Below, in pieces: positions 12,127-24,354 of a stretch of 54,810 nt of DNA; within the stretch, counting starts at the first letter, position 1, and each line of letters starts with the position of its first letter. This DNA is from Nemertoderma westbladi (lineage: Eukaryota; Animalia; Xenacoelomorpha): assembly GCA_032718475.1 (NCBI GenBank), contig JAUCBJ010000698.1:1-54810 (forward strand), in the 5' to 3' direction. A program made the translations under genes and the position numbers. The notes under the pieces were generated by a model, which was given only the letters and a program-made list of their open reading frames with translations, was not told the origin of the DNA and did not search any database.

Positions 12127-12326
12127 CAGTACCGGTATACCGTAGCCTACTACACTAGTTCCCGAAAAACTGAAAAAGTAAAAATGTAGAACGACCTATA
12201 ACAGTACCGATATAAGACTGTAAGAACCAGATAACGGGCTATAACGATCTACAGATCTATAACGAGCTATAATTCAGTAGGCCTACTGCAGTAATCTCAA
12301 AATTTAGAATAAAATAATATATTTTA

Positions 12327-13663
12327 GGGTAAAGCGGTAAACTGATGTGAAGTGAGCTCGGGCCTAGGGGTAACAGGGTAAAGTGAGCTATTTTTTAATT
12401 TATTTTTTTAAATATAGAAATTTTTATTATTTCAATTCTCTAAAATCATTATAATGTCTACAAATATCCTAGCTTCGATCTAATGTAGCCTACAAAATAG
12501 GCCTAACTTACGACAGTTTGAAATTTCGAAGCAATTAAATTTTTTACAAAATATGAAAAAAAAAGTTGAAAATTCATGCATAAAAACTTTTTGGTTAGGC
12601 CTATTGATTTTAAAATACAAAATAATAAACAACGAATTAAGGTACGGTAGAGAGTTGTCATTACCGCAAATAATGGTAAATACGTGATACAGTGATACTT
12701 GAGATATCCCGTGCAATTTTTGTCATTCGACAACTAATTATTTACTTAATTTATTAATTCATTTAGTTCACTTTACCCCTTAAATATATTGGCAATGGCA
12801 GAATGGGGTAAAGTGAGCTATTGAAATTTTGGTGCTGTTTATGTTTTAGAAAATTTTATATTTCATTATTATCTCTTAATTCTGTAATTTGTAACAGAAT
12901 GTTGTTTGGATGTCGGGTAGGCGTAGGCCCTAACTCTAGGTTTTAGCTGTCAGGTCAGGCCCGTCAGCGCGTCAGCCCGAGGTCGGTCTAATAAATAAAC
13001 GTCTTAGGCCTGCAGATTAGTACCAGTAGTGCTACAATTTCCACTACTAGGCCTACTGTATTCAGGTTTATTGTTTGTTTGTTGGTTATTTAGATTTATA
13101 ATAGGGCCTAATAATTTTGTAATGTTCTATAATTCGTTGGCCTATAGCTGTATAGCCTACTGTATGTTTATCTATTTTTTAAAAACATAAAAAATGGTTC
13201 ACTTTACCCCCAGAAAATTACTAAATGGGGTAAAATGGTTTTAGACCTCATTTTCGAGGGAAGCTCACTTTGCCTCATGAGTGGGGTAAAGTGAGCTATT
13301 CGAAATGCAGAAATGTCAGAAAAAAAAATAATCTGCCTATTTCAGTATTTAATAGGCAAATTATCTCTTGATTTTTTCATAAGGCAATCACTGATTGGGG
13401 TTAAATGGTTTTGCAAATGATTTTAGAGCTAGCTCACTTTGCCCCATGAGTGGGGTAAATTGAGCTACTTGTGTGCTCTAAACAAAAGGTATAATTCTGT
13501 AATTTGACTATTTAATGGGCAAATTATGTTATAATTTTTGTGAGATTGTTTAGAGCAATAATGTAGTGCACAAAGGAATACATTGGTATTTCCTCAATGA
13601 GAAAGTAACTATTTTTAAAACATGAAAAACTACAAAAGTAGCTCACTTCACCCCAGTTTACCC
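12327..13663. mobile_element. Non-autonomous TIR DNA transposon (MITE-like) with TA flanks and repeated GGGGTAAAGTGAGCTA motifs
   Basis: Left end TA-GGGTAAA(GCGGTAAA)CTGATGTGAAGTGAGCT is the imperfect inverse of right end AGCTCACTTCACCCCAGTTTACCC-TA; the motif recurs in both orientations near 12375, 12765, 12805, 13197, 13262-13298 and 13431-13467. Confidence 0.65.
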
Positions 13664-15301
13664 TACTGTTTTAGCATTCACTTATTTTCCTAGACTGGAA
13701 TTTCAGCATAGAATTTCTTTCTTTATAATCCATCCATTTTCCATACTGCTTTTCAGCTTTTTGAGATCGGCAAATAAGTCTGAAGTCATTGACAAAGTCC
13801 TGCATGTCCTGTAGGCTTAGGCAGTTAGGCTGTAGCCTGGCAGAGTAGCAGTCAGCTCACTGGCTCAGCACTGCAGAACTCATCACAGCATTAGTTATTA
13901 TACTGTTATAACCAAAATGAAGAAAAGATCGTCGGGCTCGGGACCTCGGCCTGATCGGCCTCGTGCCTCGGGCATCGGGAATGGGAATCCTAAATTAAAC
14001 CTGTAAACTGAAGACTTCGGCACCGGTATCCCGGCCAAGTTAATTAGAATAAGCCTGGGCCTACAACCCACAACTCAGGGTCAGGAACTGGAAGGCGAAG
14101 GGTTTAGAGATGTTCAGAAGTTTGGGATCCCGGGAGTTGCGTTGTGCATCGTGATAGTGCGAGGCGAGGTTGAACTCCACGGCTGGATAAGGAGCGGAGC
14201 ACCACTACCACCTTCCAGCCAGCCCTCTGCAGCTCTGACGCTGACCCTTGCGGAAGTGGCTTTCCTCCCTTCTGGTTCTGGACCAGACTGGAAGCCATAC
14301 ACTTTGGGGCTTGGGCCGGATTAATCGTCCCTTCAAAATTGTAATTGCAAAGGCACGGTGCACTTAAAAAGTTCGTTTTCTTAAAAAGTTCTAATTTTTA
14401 ACCGTATTTTTCAGATAACGGTGTTACTCCAAAAGTTAGACACACCGATTTGGCATTTATTTTAATGTAAATTTTCATAGGCCTATATTAGCCCATTCCC
14501 TTTATACAGTTATAGGTGGTTATAATAGCTATTGATCGATAGGTAAACAGATCGAAAGGTACGTACTTTAGTTTAGTCAAACGCAAACCCGGTTTAGCAG
14601 TTATAGTATAACGCTTTGTTTCATTGGCTGACAGCTGCAGAGCTGGAACTATGGTAGGCGTAGGGTAGGCCTACCGGTGCGGTGATACCGGTATATTTTA
14701 TCATCATATTTCATTGGTACAATTATTGGACCTCGAGCCTCGACCAAGCTACTACGATTATTATATATATATTACATATATAATTACAGAATTAAGAATG
14801 CTGTGCCGGCAAAATCGCTTGCTTGTCGACAAAATTGCACCGCCGCAACTCAATATCACCCATGACATTTGCGAGATCGTCCGGTCAGTGTCCTGTAATA
14901 TGCATCTCAAGACATTACAAGACAAGACATCGCCAGAGATGTGTAGTATTCTCTGCAGTTAGAGCCCAGACCCATACTGTGTCAAATTCAGCATGGTTTT
15001 GTTTTGACTATACGGATATCCAGTTTTAGCAGGAAATTCCTACCTGCATCAGCAGATCAGGACATAACATTAGCATTAGCAGATTAGCACCAGGTTTTAG
15101 GGAGACCCCTGTCAACCCGTTTATTTTGATCGGTAGGCCTACCGTATATTTAATCATCTGTGATCTGATCACATACTGACATAGGCTAAAGCTCATACAA
15201 TAATAAACTGATAGACCTGAATGTGAACGTGGAACTGAAGGCTGTAAACAAACTGGTAATTGTTTTATAATTTAATATAATTATAAAACAAAACGATCAA
15301 A

Positions 15302-15598
15302 ATGCCGCACCATCAAACAACATTGCTCAAGCAACACCCAGAATACCAACACCTGGCTTCGGCACCATTTGACGCCCGGTTTCCCAACACCAAGAAATCC
15401 AACATGTGCTGGCAGTACTGGTTAGATTGGCGTCTATGCGAATTGAAACATAACGAAGAACATAAACCTTGTCTGGTCTACAAGAGGTATGCGCACTATG
15501 TATGTCCCAACCAGTGGATGGAGTTACTCAATGACAGTCTTGACGATAAAGCGACCCCTGTTTCTGTCCTCAATGGATTCACGGGTATCAACGCTTAG
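15302..15598 (+). CDS. COX6B: Cytochrome c oxidase subunit 6B-like protein (98 aa, intronless, divergent)
   Basis: SAPFDARFPN...CWQYWLDWRLC...CLVYKRYAHYVCPNQW matches the COX6B APFD.RFPN motif and twin Cx9C/Cx10C; start context AAAATG. Confidence 0.85.
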   Translation: MPHHQTTLLKQHPEYQHLASAPFDARFPNTKKSNMCWQYWLDWRLCELKHNEEHKPCLVYKRYAHYVCPNQWMELLNDSLDDKATPVSVLNGFTGINA

Positions 15599-16872
15599 TT
15601 CTGTAGATTCGATTCGGGTTATATAATTGGTTGCACTACTACATAGACTACTAGTTTTTGCATTTTGTAATGGTAGGTAATACAACTGGTATAAAACATC
15701 ATATCGCTGTATTCTGTAAAATTGTTGTATTTGTAGATTTTCTTTTAGTTTAATATATTGCTTTGCACTGAAACTGTATATTAGGCAAAGATTAATATAT
15801 ACTGTATAGTAAAGTAATCGTTCAATGAATGACTATAATTTAAAAGAAAACTTCTTGTACGATTGTATCTCAATCATATATACTGTATGTTTTGCGAATT
15901 TGTTATATTTTTGATTTAAATAACTCCGATCTTGGGTTCGGAAGCGGGATTCTCAACGTGTATCTTGAATTCCTGAATGACAAAAACCGGAATATTGAAA
16001 TAATTTTCCAACAAGTTCTGATGTCGAGTATAAAGTTATTGTTCGTAAAGTTGATGGTGGTCTTTTATTTTACGAATCTCCTTTATCTAGATATCATGCA
16101 TGAGGTTGTCTATGCCGCGAGGTTTCAGACATACATATATTCTAGTTACTAGGAATAGTTTATATAAATACTTCCAATTATATTATTTATACAACTAAAT
16201 TGTAGGTTGCTTTTTCCACGTGTTGTAGATAAGTTCCTAAACTGGAATCAACCCTACAGCACAACACATACTACATACTTGACCATTTGTTTGTATTATT
16301 GTATTGAAATTATATATATAGTAATACTCATTTTGGGACACGGATCTTATGCCAAATAGAAACCAAAATATAAGACTGTCTTTTATGTTCCAATATAACT
16401 TTATTATATAAATCTTGGATGAGTTATTAAAAAAATTTAACAAATTCTGTGAACCACTTCATTGTTTATTTATTACACTATATACGTTAAGGTTTAATAT
16501 TTTTTGTTTCACTCAAGACAATAATATATAAATCTGATGGATAATTATAACGAACCTGTCTTTAGACTGGGTAGTTCTTGTCAAGAGTTGAGCCGTTCAA
16601 AAACACGATGTGGTTATCTGTGTATGTGTGTATAACCATCCAATATCTCAAAGATTCAAGCAGGTACGCTACTATTTTTAACGCGACAATTATTATCTAG
16701 TTATTGAATAAAAAAGTTTGGAACGATTCGATGTGCGATATTCGAAATATTAGCATATTATCAACATTATGGAACGCGAAATTAAATACCTACAGCGCTA
16801 CAGGTACTCTTTGTCAGCTGAACAAAATTTCACTACTTATTGTCAATTTGAGTTACGTACATTAATTATATT

Positions 16873-18700
16873 ATTATTTATTTATTTATTTATTTAATCC
16901 AGGAAGCAAGCCCATAGTAAAAACGGAAAATACATAATAAAAAGGAAGCACATAAAGTTACATACAGGTATTATAGGTAGTATAAATAAGAGGTTCAAGA
17001 TAATTATTACTGAATATATTTAAAAATTTAAAAAACTAACCCCGTTACGGGTCCTGAGGGGAACGCATAGCTCTAATACGGCTAGTGGCTGCCGTAGCAC
17101 AGATCACTGGTTGTATAACTAAGTTAGTAGATATACTAAGACGTCGCCAAAGCGAGTGGATGGCATTGTAGCGAATGGGGACAAATTTTGGGAGATCCAT
17201 CACACCAAGCATATGAGTGTATTTGAATCCAAATAACTTTCTAGAAATATTATTGTAGCCTACCCTAAATTGCCTACCCTCAAGATTGAAATTACATCTG
17301 GACCATAGAGAATTACAGTTGAATTGAGTACTAGAACTACGGAATAAAAGTTTTTTCACAAGTAACGAACAGGCACCAAATTTTCTAATTACCATATTCC
17401 CCCTTCTATACAAAGAATGTATCTGGTTGATAATATCAAAATTGTCGCAGGTCGAACTATGCAAAATATGTCCCAAGTATTTCTACTGTTCTACTCGCTC
17501 AAGTTTAATACCGTTCAAATAGAAATCAGACGAGAGTATATTTTTATACGATTTCGGTACAAAGCATATAAATTTAGATTTTTTTACATTAATCCTAATA
17601 GAATGTTGCGCAGTGTAATTCTCATACATTTTTAGCAATCTGTTCACGCCGTAGGCTGAATTAGAGAATATAACCATGTCATCAGCATAAATTAAATGAT
17701 TCTGGCAAGTGTTATTCAGGCGACAACCTACATTGGCCTTATAGAATACAATGCTGATGACATCGATATATATGTTGTACAATAATGGAGACAGCAATCC
17801 CCCCTGTTTAGTTCCATTTGTTACATTAAATGGAGCAGAGAAGATACCCCCGCACCGCACTTGTAATAATTGGTGTCTATACCAAAAGCATAAAATACGG
17901 ATAAAAAATAACGGCACTTTCCGCTTAATTAATTTACTGAACAACTTATAATGGTTAACAAGGTCGAATGCCTTTGAAGAGTCAATAAAACAGATGTATA
18001 CTGGACTGTTGTTGTCTAAATAAAATTGAATAATCTCTTTTAAGTGTGAATATTGCCAATTCAGTACCCAATCCCTTTTTAAATCCAAATTGTGCGTCCG
18101 TTGTACTTAGGAATTCCAAAAATTGTTTATAATAAACAGATCCTAAGACCTTACTTGAGATATTGGCAACACAAATGCCGCGATAATTGTCATCATCAGT
18201 GAGATCTGCATTTTTATCTTTTATTAATGGATACAAATTCGAGTCTATCAACTCTTGTGGCAAACAACCATGCACATTAATAGAAGTGAATATATAAGAA
18301 AAGTGTAATGAACAGTTACGAGGGGCATGCTTAAAGTGCTCCGCCACTAGTCCATCCGGACCTGCGGATTTTCTAGTGGCTAACTTACTGAAAGCATCAG
18401 AAACATCAGCCGTTGTAACAATCATATCATTCGAGTATTCAATTGATATTAACAAACCTTCGACATCATTTTTGTCTTTAATCACAGAGTTATATAATGC
18501 ACTAAATTTATCTTTAAAATGGTTACAAATTGCGGTTTCGCCAGTGGCATTACCAACTTTATTACATAGCGGGACTGAGTTGTTACAATGTTTAGTAACA
18601 TTTCTCCAAAAGTCATTACAGTTATCTTTGTAGAGCGAATTTGCAAGCTTGTCACAACGCAGCTGTTGTTCATTCCTCTTACATTCACGCATTGCACGTT
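16873..18700 (-). mobile_element. 5'-truncated degenerate LINE (Daphne/RTEX-like RT; clade uncertain) with (TAAA)n 3' tail
   Basis: KSAGPDG, DNYRGI, QFGFKKG, FIDSSKAFD, NGTKQGGLLSP, YADD, (stop)KYLG across ORFs 17982-18692, 17483-18088 and 17045-17476; frameshift near 18040; (TTTA)n on the plus strand at about 16873-16896. Confidence 0.85.
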
Positions 18701-19607
18701 TATTGCATGTTCACAAAATTATTATTGTTCTATCTCTATTCAGTCAGTTAGTATAACAAACAGTACATCATTTATATATCGTATGTATCTATAGGGGGGC
18801 CTATTGTCATCGTTATAAGACTGTCATCAACTCAGGCAAAGCTCAATTACAATGTAAAGGCTTAGTAGGTTTTGTATATCTGGTACGTTTACAACAGCTG
18901 TTGATTAAACTAACAAAACCAGAAAACTGAACCAGGGTGCCAACCGGGTACCAACAGCTGTTAGGTAGGCTTAATGGAACATTTCGCAAACTTTCATAGG
19001 AGGCTTGTACGTACATGTACATTATATTGGTTGCTCCGATGATTTTATTAGGCTAACTGATAGTGTATTAGGTATAAATAATTAGTGTTCTTTATTTTAT
19101 TTATCTAATACAGAAAGACCCCTCCGCAGAATAAACTGCTCTTTGGGGCCGTTTTTCCCAGATTGCGGATATTTCATACATCGCAATAATTGTGATTATT
19201 ATTTGTTTGCCTAGGCAAGTCATTCTTAGTTTGCATCTTCCAATCCCATCTGTTTGTTGGAGTCTGTGTAAGACAGGTTCGTTTAAAGCCATTTTGATGG
19301 CGTTCTACAGTAGTAGTCTCTACAGTAAGAACCAGTAAAATTTCGCCTTATATTTCTTTAAATATCTCGAACAGTCAGGCTTAAATTTTGGCCCATATGA
19401 GATTTCTGCAGATATATTTCACTTTGCCGTTTACCCCCATATGATGACTACCAGGTCTTTACAATAAACGCAGGTTAAAGAAGGGCTGATTCTAACCAAA
19501 ACAATAAACGAATTAGTATCTGTCTGACATGTTAAGGAATAAATAAGCGCTATATAAATGTCTTAATACGGGGAAATTGAATAACAATTAAATACACATG
19601 ACCTTAA

Positions 19608-19979
19608 TTAATACCTGGTATACTTAATACCTGGTATACTTAATACCTGGTATACCGGTACTTAATACCTGGTATACCGGTACTTAATACCTGGTATACC
19701 GGTACTTAATACCTGGTATACTTAATACCTGGTATACTTAATACCTGGTATACTTAATACCTGGTATACTTAATACCTGGTATACTTAATACTTGTTATA
19801 CTTAATACCTGGTATACTTAATACCTGGTATACTTAATACCTGGTATACTTAATACCTGGTATACTTAATACCTGGTATACTTAATACCTGGTATACTTA
19901 ATACCTGGTATACTTAATACCTGGTATACTTAATACCTGGTATACTTAATACCTGGTATACTTAATACCTGGTATACTT
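19608..19979. repeat. 16-bp minisatellite (CTTAATACCTGGTATA), about 22 copies
   Basis: Near-perfect tandem copies; three early units carry an extra 6-bp CCGGTA segment. Confidence 0.97.
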
Positions 19980-20099
19980 CTCATGGCCGGAAGTATTTTG
20001 TTCTTAAATTAATTGTTTTTTGGGGGGAGATGCTTCGGGTGAGACTGACTTAAGAATTATTTTCACGAATTTTTTTCAAAATTATTTTTATTATTTAAT

Positions 20100-20470
20100 C
20101 TAGAACAGATTTTTATCAAGATTCCAAATTTGAAAACCGTTTAGCAAGATCTATCTTACATCTTGAGATATGGCTGTCTGTCCGTTTGACTGTCTGTCTG
20201 TCTGTCAATAAAAAGCATATTATCTGCCTAAAATATTCCGTATATGGGTTGACGGTATCGGTAACTTCATTTCTGATGACATTAACCACATTTGGTCTCG
20301 TCGTTTCTGTCGCATTTTCCAAAATGCACTTTTTCTGGGTCTATAAAATGCGCTCTATCTAATGGTATAATCGAGAACACCGTATCTAGTCTAGTTCTCG
20401 AGATATGCAATGCAAAACGGGGCCGTAAGTCACAACATATGTATATAGTATTAAAAAGGAAAAACACTTA
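20100..20470. mobile_element. Possible Helentron/DINE-1-like non-autonomous repeat
   Basis: (CTGT)n microsatellite at about 20175-20205 with ACCACATTTGGT and TTCTCGAGATAT motifs typical of such elements; ends not defined. Confidence 0.35.
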
Positions 20471-21119
20471 AATTTATGCAAAAAAAACCGTAAGTCAACA
20501 AGACTTGCGGTGTTTTGTCATTGCGTAGATAATAAGAAAATATATTATTGAAATATTTGTTTTGAAATATGTAATTACATACAGGTTGTATAATGCAAAA
20601 ACACCGCGAGTACAACAAAATACCCTGAAGTCAAAATTTTAATGAAAAGTGAAAATAATCACTTAGAAAAATTTCGCACCCCCAATTGCGTAGGGTTATC
20701 AAAAATTAGTAATCTACGGACATTTTAAACCAACAATCAGAAGGCAAACTGTAATTTGCGATTTACTCGAAATGACTTTTTGTAACTTGCAGTCTTTTTA
20801 CATTAACATTGCACGGCAGTACTGTATATTTTATAATAATTTTACGGAAGGACCGACAAACGGACAGACAGATAGTATAGATTGCGCCAAACATGAAAAT
20901 TAATATAATAAGAGATCAGGAAAGCCCGAAATACCGCAAATTTAAATTTTCTAAAAATCTGTTTACCGTAGGCCTACTTACTTACTAACATCATAATTAC
21001 AGTATAATATAATAGGCCTAGCACAAAAGTTGGTCAACATTTTCGTAGACGTCCGACAAAAGAACTATTGTCTCCGAATTCTATATGTAACACTTCCAGC
21101 GACAACCTGGTTATTGTTG

Positions 21120-21349
21120 CTACACGTGATTCGTTCGCATTAGATTCCGCCAGTTATCATTAATATCTGCCCTATAAGTGTATCCCCAGTGGAAAACCAA
21201 TCGGGGGTCTACCTTGGCCCGTGTCTTCTGCGTAATAAACCTGCGAATTAGCCAGCTAATCACAGCGGTTACCAGACTCACGGTGATGCAAATCGCTGAA
21301 CCAATCAGAAGTCGCCACATATACGACATCGATACGATGGTGTCTATAC
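21120..21349 (-). CDS. SLC5 sodium:solute symporter, exon 4 (last coding exon)
   Basis: Acceptor (T)nCAG at 21350-21351, phase 1 matches exon 3; SMSYMWRLLIG...VSLVT...VDPRLV resembles the last TM and C-tail of SLC5A5/6/8/12 proteins; TAG at 21122-21120. Confidence 0.8.
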
Positions 21350-21615
21350 CTGAAAAAAAAATCAAGAAACTAAAGGGGATTACTTTACTTACAGTATTAG
21401 TTTATAGGATAGGGGGTCGGGGTCGGGGTCGGGTTAATCCGCGAACAGAATGAAATACGTCCAAGGAATTGGACACAATAATGCGACATTGACCCTCAAG
21501 GTTAGAATAGCCTACAACTGTGACAATACTGTATGTTCCTTTCTACAGTATAAACTGTTATTAACATTGTTGATATGCACCCCCCCCCCCCCCCCCCCAT
21601 TCAACATAACATCCC

Positions 21616-22354
21616 TGTAAAAGCTTCTGTGGGATATAACTGGCCCCTTTTGCTTCGCAATCCAGTTTCCCCCCAGGCGCTGGAATACTCTAAAAAGGTT
21701 CTCTAACTGTACATATATTCCCCTCGCCCGCAAGGTACCGTTACAGGTGTTTTAACGGACATAAAAGTCATTCTGCTATATACGTGTTTTAGCGGACATA
21801 GTAAGGCAAAAAACCTGCAATGCACCAAATGCCTTTCACAGCTTGGCCGTGATGATTCATATTACGACATCTAACAGCCGGTTGCTGACATGGAAACAGC
21901 CATTGGACGCATGGTTCTTTGTTTGGCTTGAGCCAATCAGAGCGATTTTTCCTGTCGACGTGTAGCTTTTCGGCCGATCATAAGGAGAGTGTTCTGTCTT
22001 ACTGTTTTTACTTGATACTTTCTTGTTATTGCTGTCTAGGCCAGGAACAACGGCTCTAGAATCAATTCGTTTCATACTTTTAGAAGAAACATTAGTAGGC
22101 TTAAATTATAGAGCGTATGACTGTTATCAATTCACAAATCAAATCAAATCAACTCACAAATCAACTCAATCCATTCACAATTCAATACTTTGTTGTTATT
22201 ACTGTTCAACATACATTATTATACTGCTATTTACTGTTGTGTTTGGTTGAATATTATTTGGAGAACATATATAAAGAACCCAAATTTCCCAATTTTCTTG
22301 ATACACTACAGGTTAGAGAGACGGGTTATATATAGCGATTGCGACTTATATTGT
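21616..22354 (+). repeat. 5' LTR of copy 1 (only the first 739 bp; 3' part missing)
   Basis: Colinear with 35232-35970 at a constant offset of 13616 with two mismatches seen by eye (21783, 21806); identity stops abruptly after TATATTGT. Confidence 0.93.
21931..21943 (+). promoter_or_regulatory. CCAAT box (NF-Y-type) in the LTR
   Basis: AGCCAATCAGAGC is conserved in both LTRs of copy 1 and in the diverged copy 2 LTR (47687-47699). Confidence 0.45.
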
Positions 22355-22462
22355 ATAGGGATTGATCACCCCTCATTCTTTTGTATAGTTTACTTATTTC
22401 TGTCAGTTTTATTTCCTAGTAAGTTAATATTGAGCTGAAGACGTGTAAGTCTGCTCAGATTG

Positions 22463-23043
22463 CTCAGATAACTGTAGGCCGGACTGTTGTCGGATTGTTG
22501 TTGGGTTTGGAGGGATTACGGCGTGTGTAGAGTTTGTCCGATAGAGTGCCAGTTAGTAAGTTGGGGCAGCCATAGCTGTAAGGTCAATCCCCTCTTAAAG
22601 AATAAGTCGTACTACCGTGTTAGAACGCATACTAACTAACAATTTTGGAATCTGCACATACTGTAGTTTATTTAGGCTTGATAGTATTCTGCCAGCGCTT
22701 TGGCCTGTGTTTGTTTGTGTGGTCTGTTCAGGTACCGTAATAGTTATTACTCAGATATTTTGTAGGCTGGATTGTTGTCTAGCTATTATTAGGTCTGAAG
22801 AGATTGCTGCTTGTGTAGAGTTTGTCTGATAAAGTGCCAGTTAGTAAGTTGGGGCAGTCATAACTGTAAGGTCAATCCCCTCTTAAAGAATAAGTCGTAC
22901 TACCGTGTTAGAACGCATACTAACTAACCGTTTTGGAATCTGCACATACAGTAGTTTATTTAGGCTTGGTGGTAGTCTGCCAGCATTTGGTCTGTATTTT
23001 GTTTGAGTATTCTGTACGGGTAGCGTAATATTTATTATTCAGA
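22463..23043 (+). repeat. Two tandem ~288-bp repeats in the BEL 5' leader
   Basis: TGTAGG at 22473 and 22761; shared core TAAAGAATAAGTCGTACTAC; same duplication in copy 2 at about 48955-49535. Confidence 0.9.
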
Positions 23044-23972
23044 GTTTATGCGATTAATCGCAACATTCATGTCCCCAAGTTTATTCCTACAGTAATTGTG
23101 TTTGTTATACATACCGTTATAGTTAAATTAACCCCGGTACTACACGGGCTGCTTGGCGTAGGACAAGACTGGTGATTTTGTGCACCGGTCACTCCAGCAG
23201 ATGCCGTGGTTCTTTTAACTGTTCAAGTATATTTAACTACTGATTATTTGTTGTACCAGTACTTGTACCTAATTTAGGGTTTAGTGTACAGTGCTTTCCG
23301 AGGTAATTAGTGTGTAGGCAGTATATTTATGTTGTAAAGTGGTTAATAGGCACGCTGGATCTGGTAGTCCGCGGTAATTAACTTCTAGGTAGGAACACTC
23401 CGTGATACATAACGTAGTACCTATAGCGATACGGTTATAGGTCGTCAGGCGGTGGTATTTTCCTATCTGGACAACGCAGTGTATTTACTACTACTTATTA
23501 TTTCAAATACCGTAGTACCCTGTCCGTTGTAATAACCAGAAATCTAACCCTTTGTTAGGCTGGTTTGTAGACTTCCTGTAAAATGACCCTAAAATTTTGT
23601 ACGTAATATTTTTGTTGTGTTTAATTAGAGAATTAATCTCACCCGTATCGTAAGTAATTTGTAGTATTAAGTAACTTAGGTAAATTATAATTATCTGTTT
23701 TAGTGTCTAATAAGTAGCACTTCACTGAGAGCGCACAGCTTTTGTGTAGTGATTACTTCCCAGAAATAGTAACATCTATTTCAATATTGTAACAAAACCC
23801 CTCATACGGGTACATATAAATCCACTAAATCTATTAATAAAATAGTAGGCCTGTTATACAACACTTAGGTCTTAATATCAGTTGGACTGCTGCTCAAATA
23901 ACGGTAATAAAGTAAGTAAAGTAACCAAGTAACCCCTAACATTCAGAAATTCAATTATTTTAAAATAATTGA

Positions 23973-24225
23973 CATACCGGTATTTACAATAGGCTTATTA
24001 TATTTATTCTATAAATTTAGGCTGAAATCATACCGGTACTCTGTAATTAATTCTAGTCCAGAATTATACTTATATACTATAAGTGTAAGCTGCATACCGG
24101 TATTCACGATAGGCCTATTATATATTTATATATATTTGTGCTAAAATTATATACCGGTACTCTGTGACAAATCTAGTCTGTAATAATACTTATATATATA
24201 TTATAAGCATACCGGTATTCTAATA
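23973..24225 (+). repeat. Degenerate ~60-bp repeats each with palindromic TACCGGTA, upstream of gag
   Basis: Five ATACCGGTA copies; array conserved in copy 2 at about 50468-50725. Confidence 0.75.
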
Positions 24226-24354
24226 TATTATATATATATCACGCTACACTGAGTAGCAGTATCGGTAATTAATTATTAGGCTAACAGTGATACTGAATTA
24301 CTAGACTTGCTTTAACTGTAATATAGCAGTAGGCATTCGACTATACAATCAAAC

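Noticed and set aside
14104-15029. Short ORFs in the GC-richer region upstream of COX6B
   Set aside because: No recognisable motifs or consistent splice structure; could be promoter or UTR sequence but cannot be supported.
21857-22335. Short ORFs repeated identically at 35473-35951
   Set aside because: They lie in the LTRs and repeat for that reason; no recognisable domains and not preserved in the copy 2 LTR.
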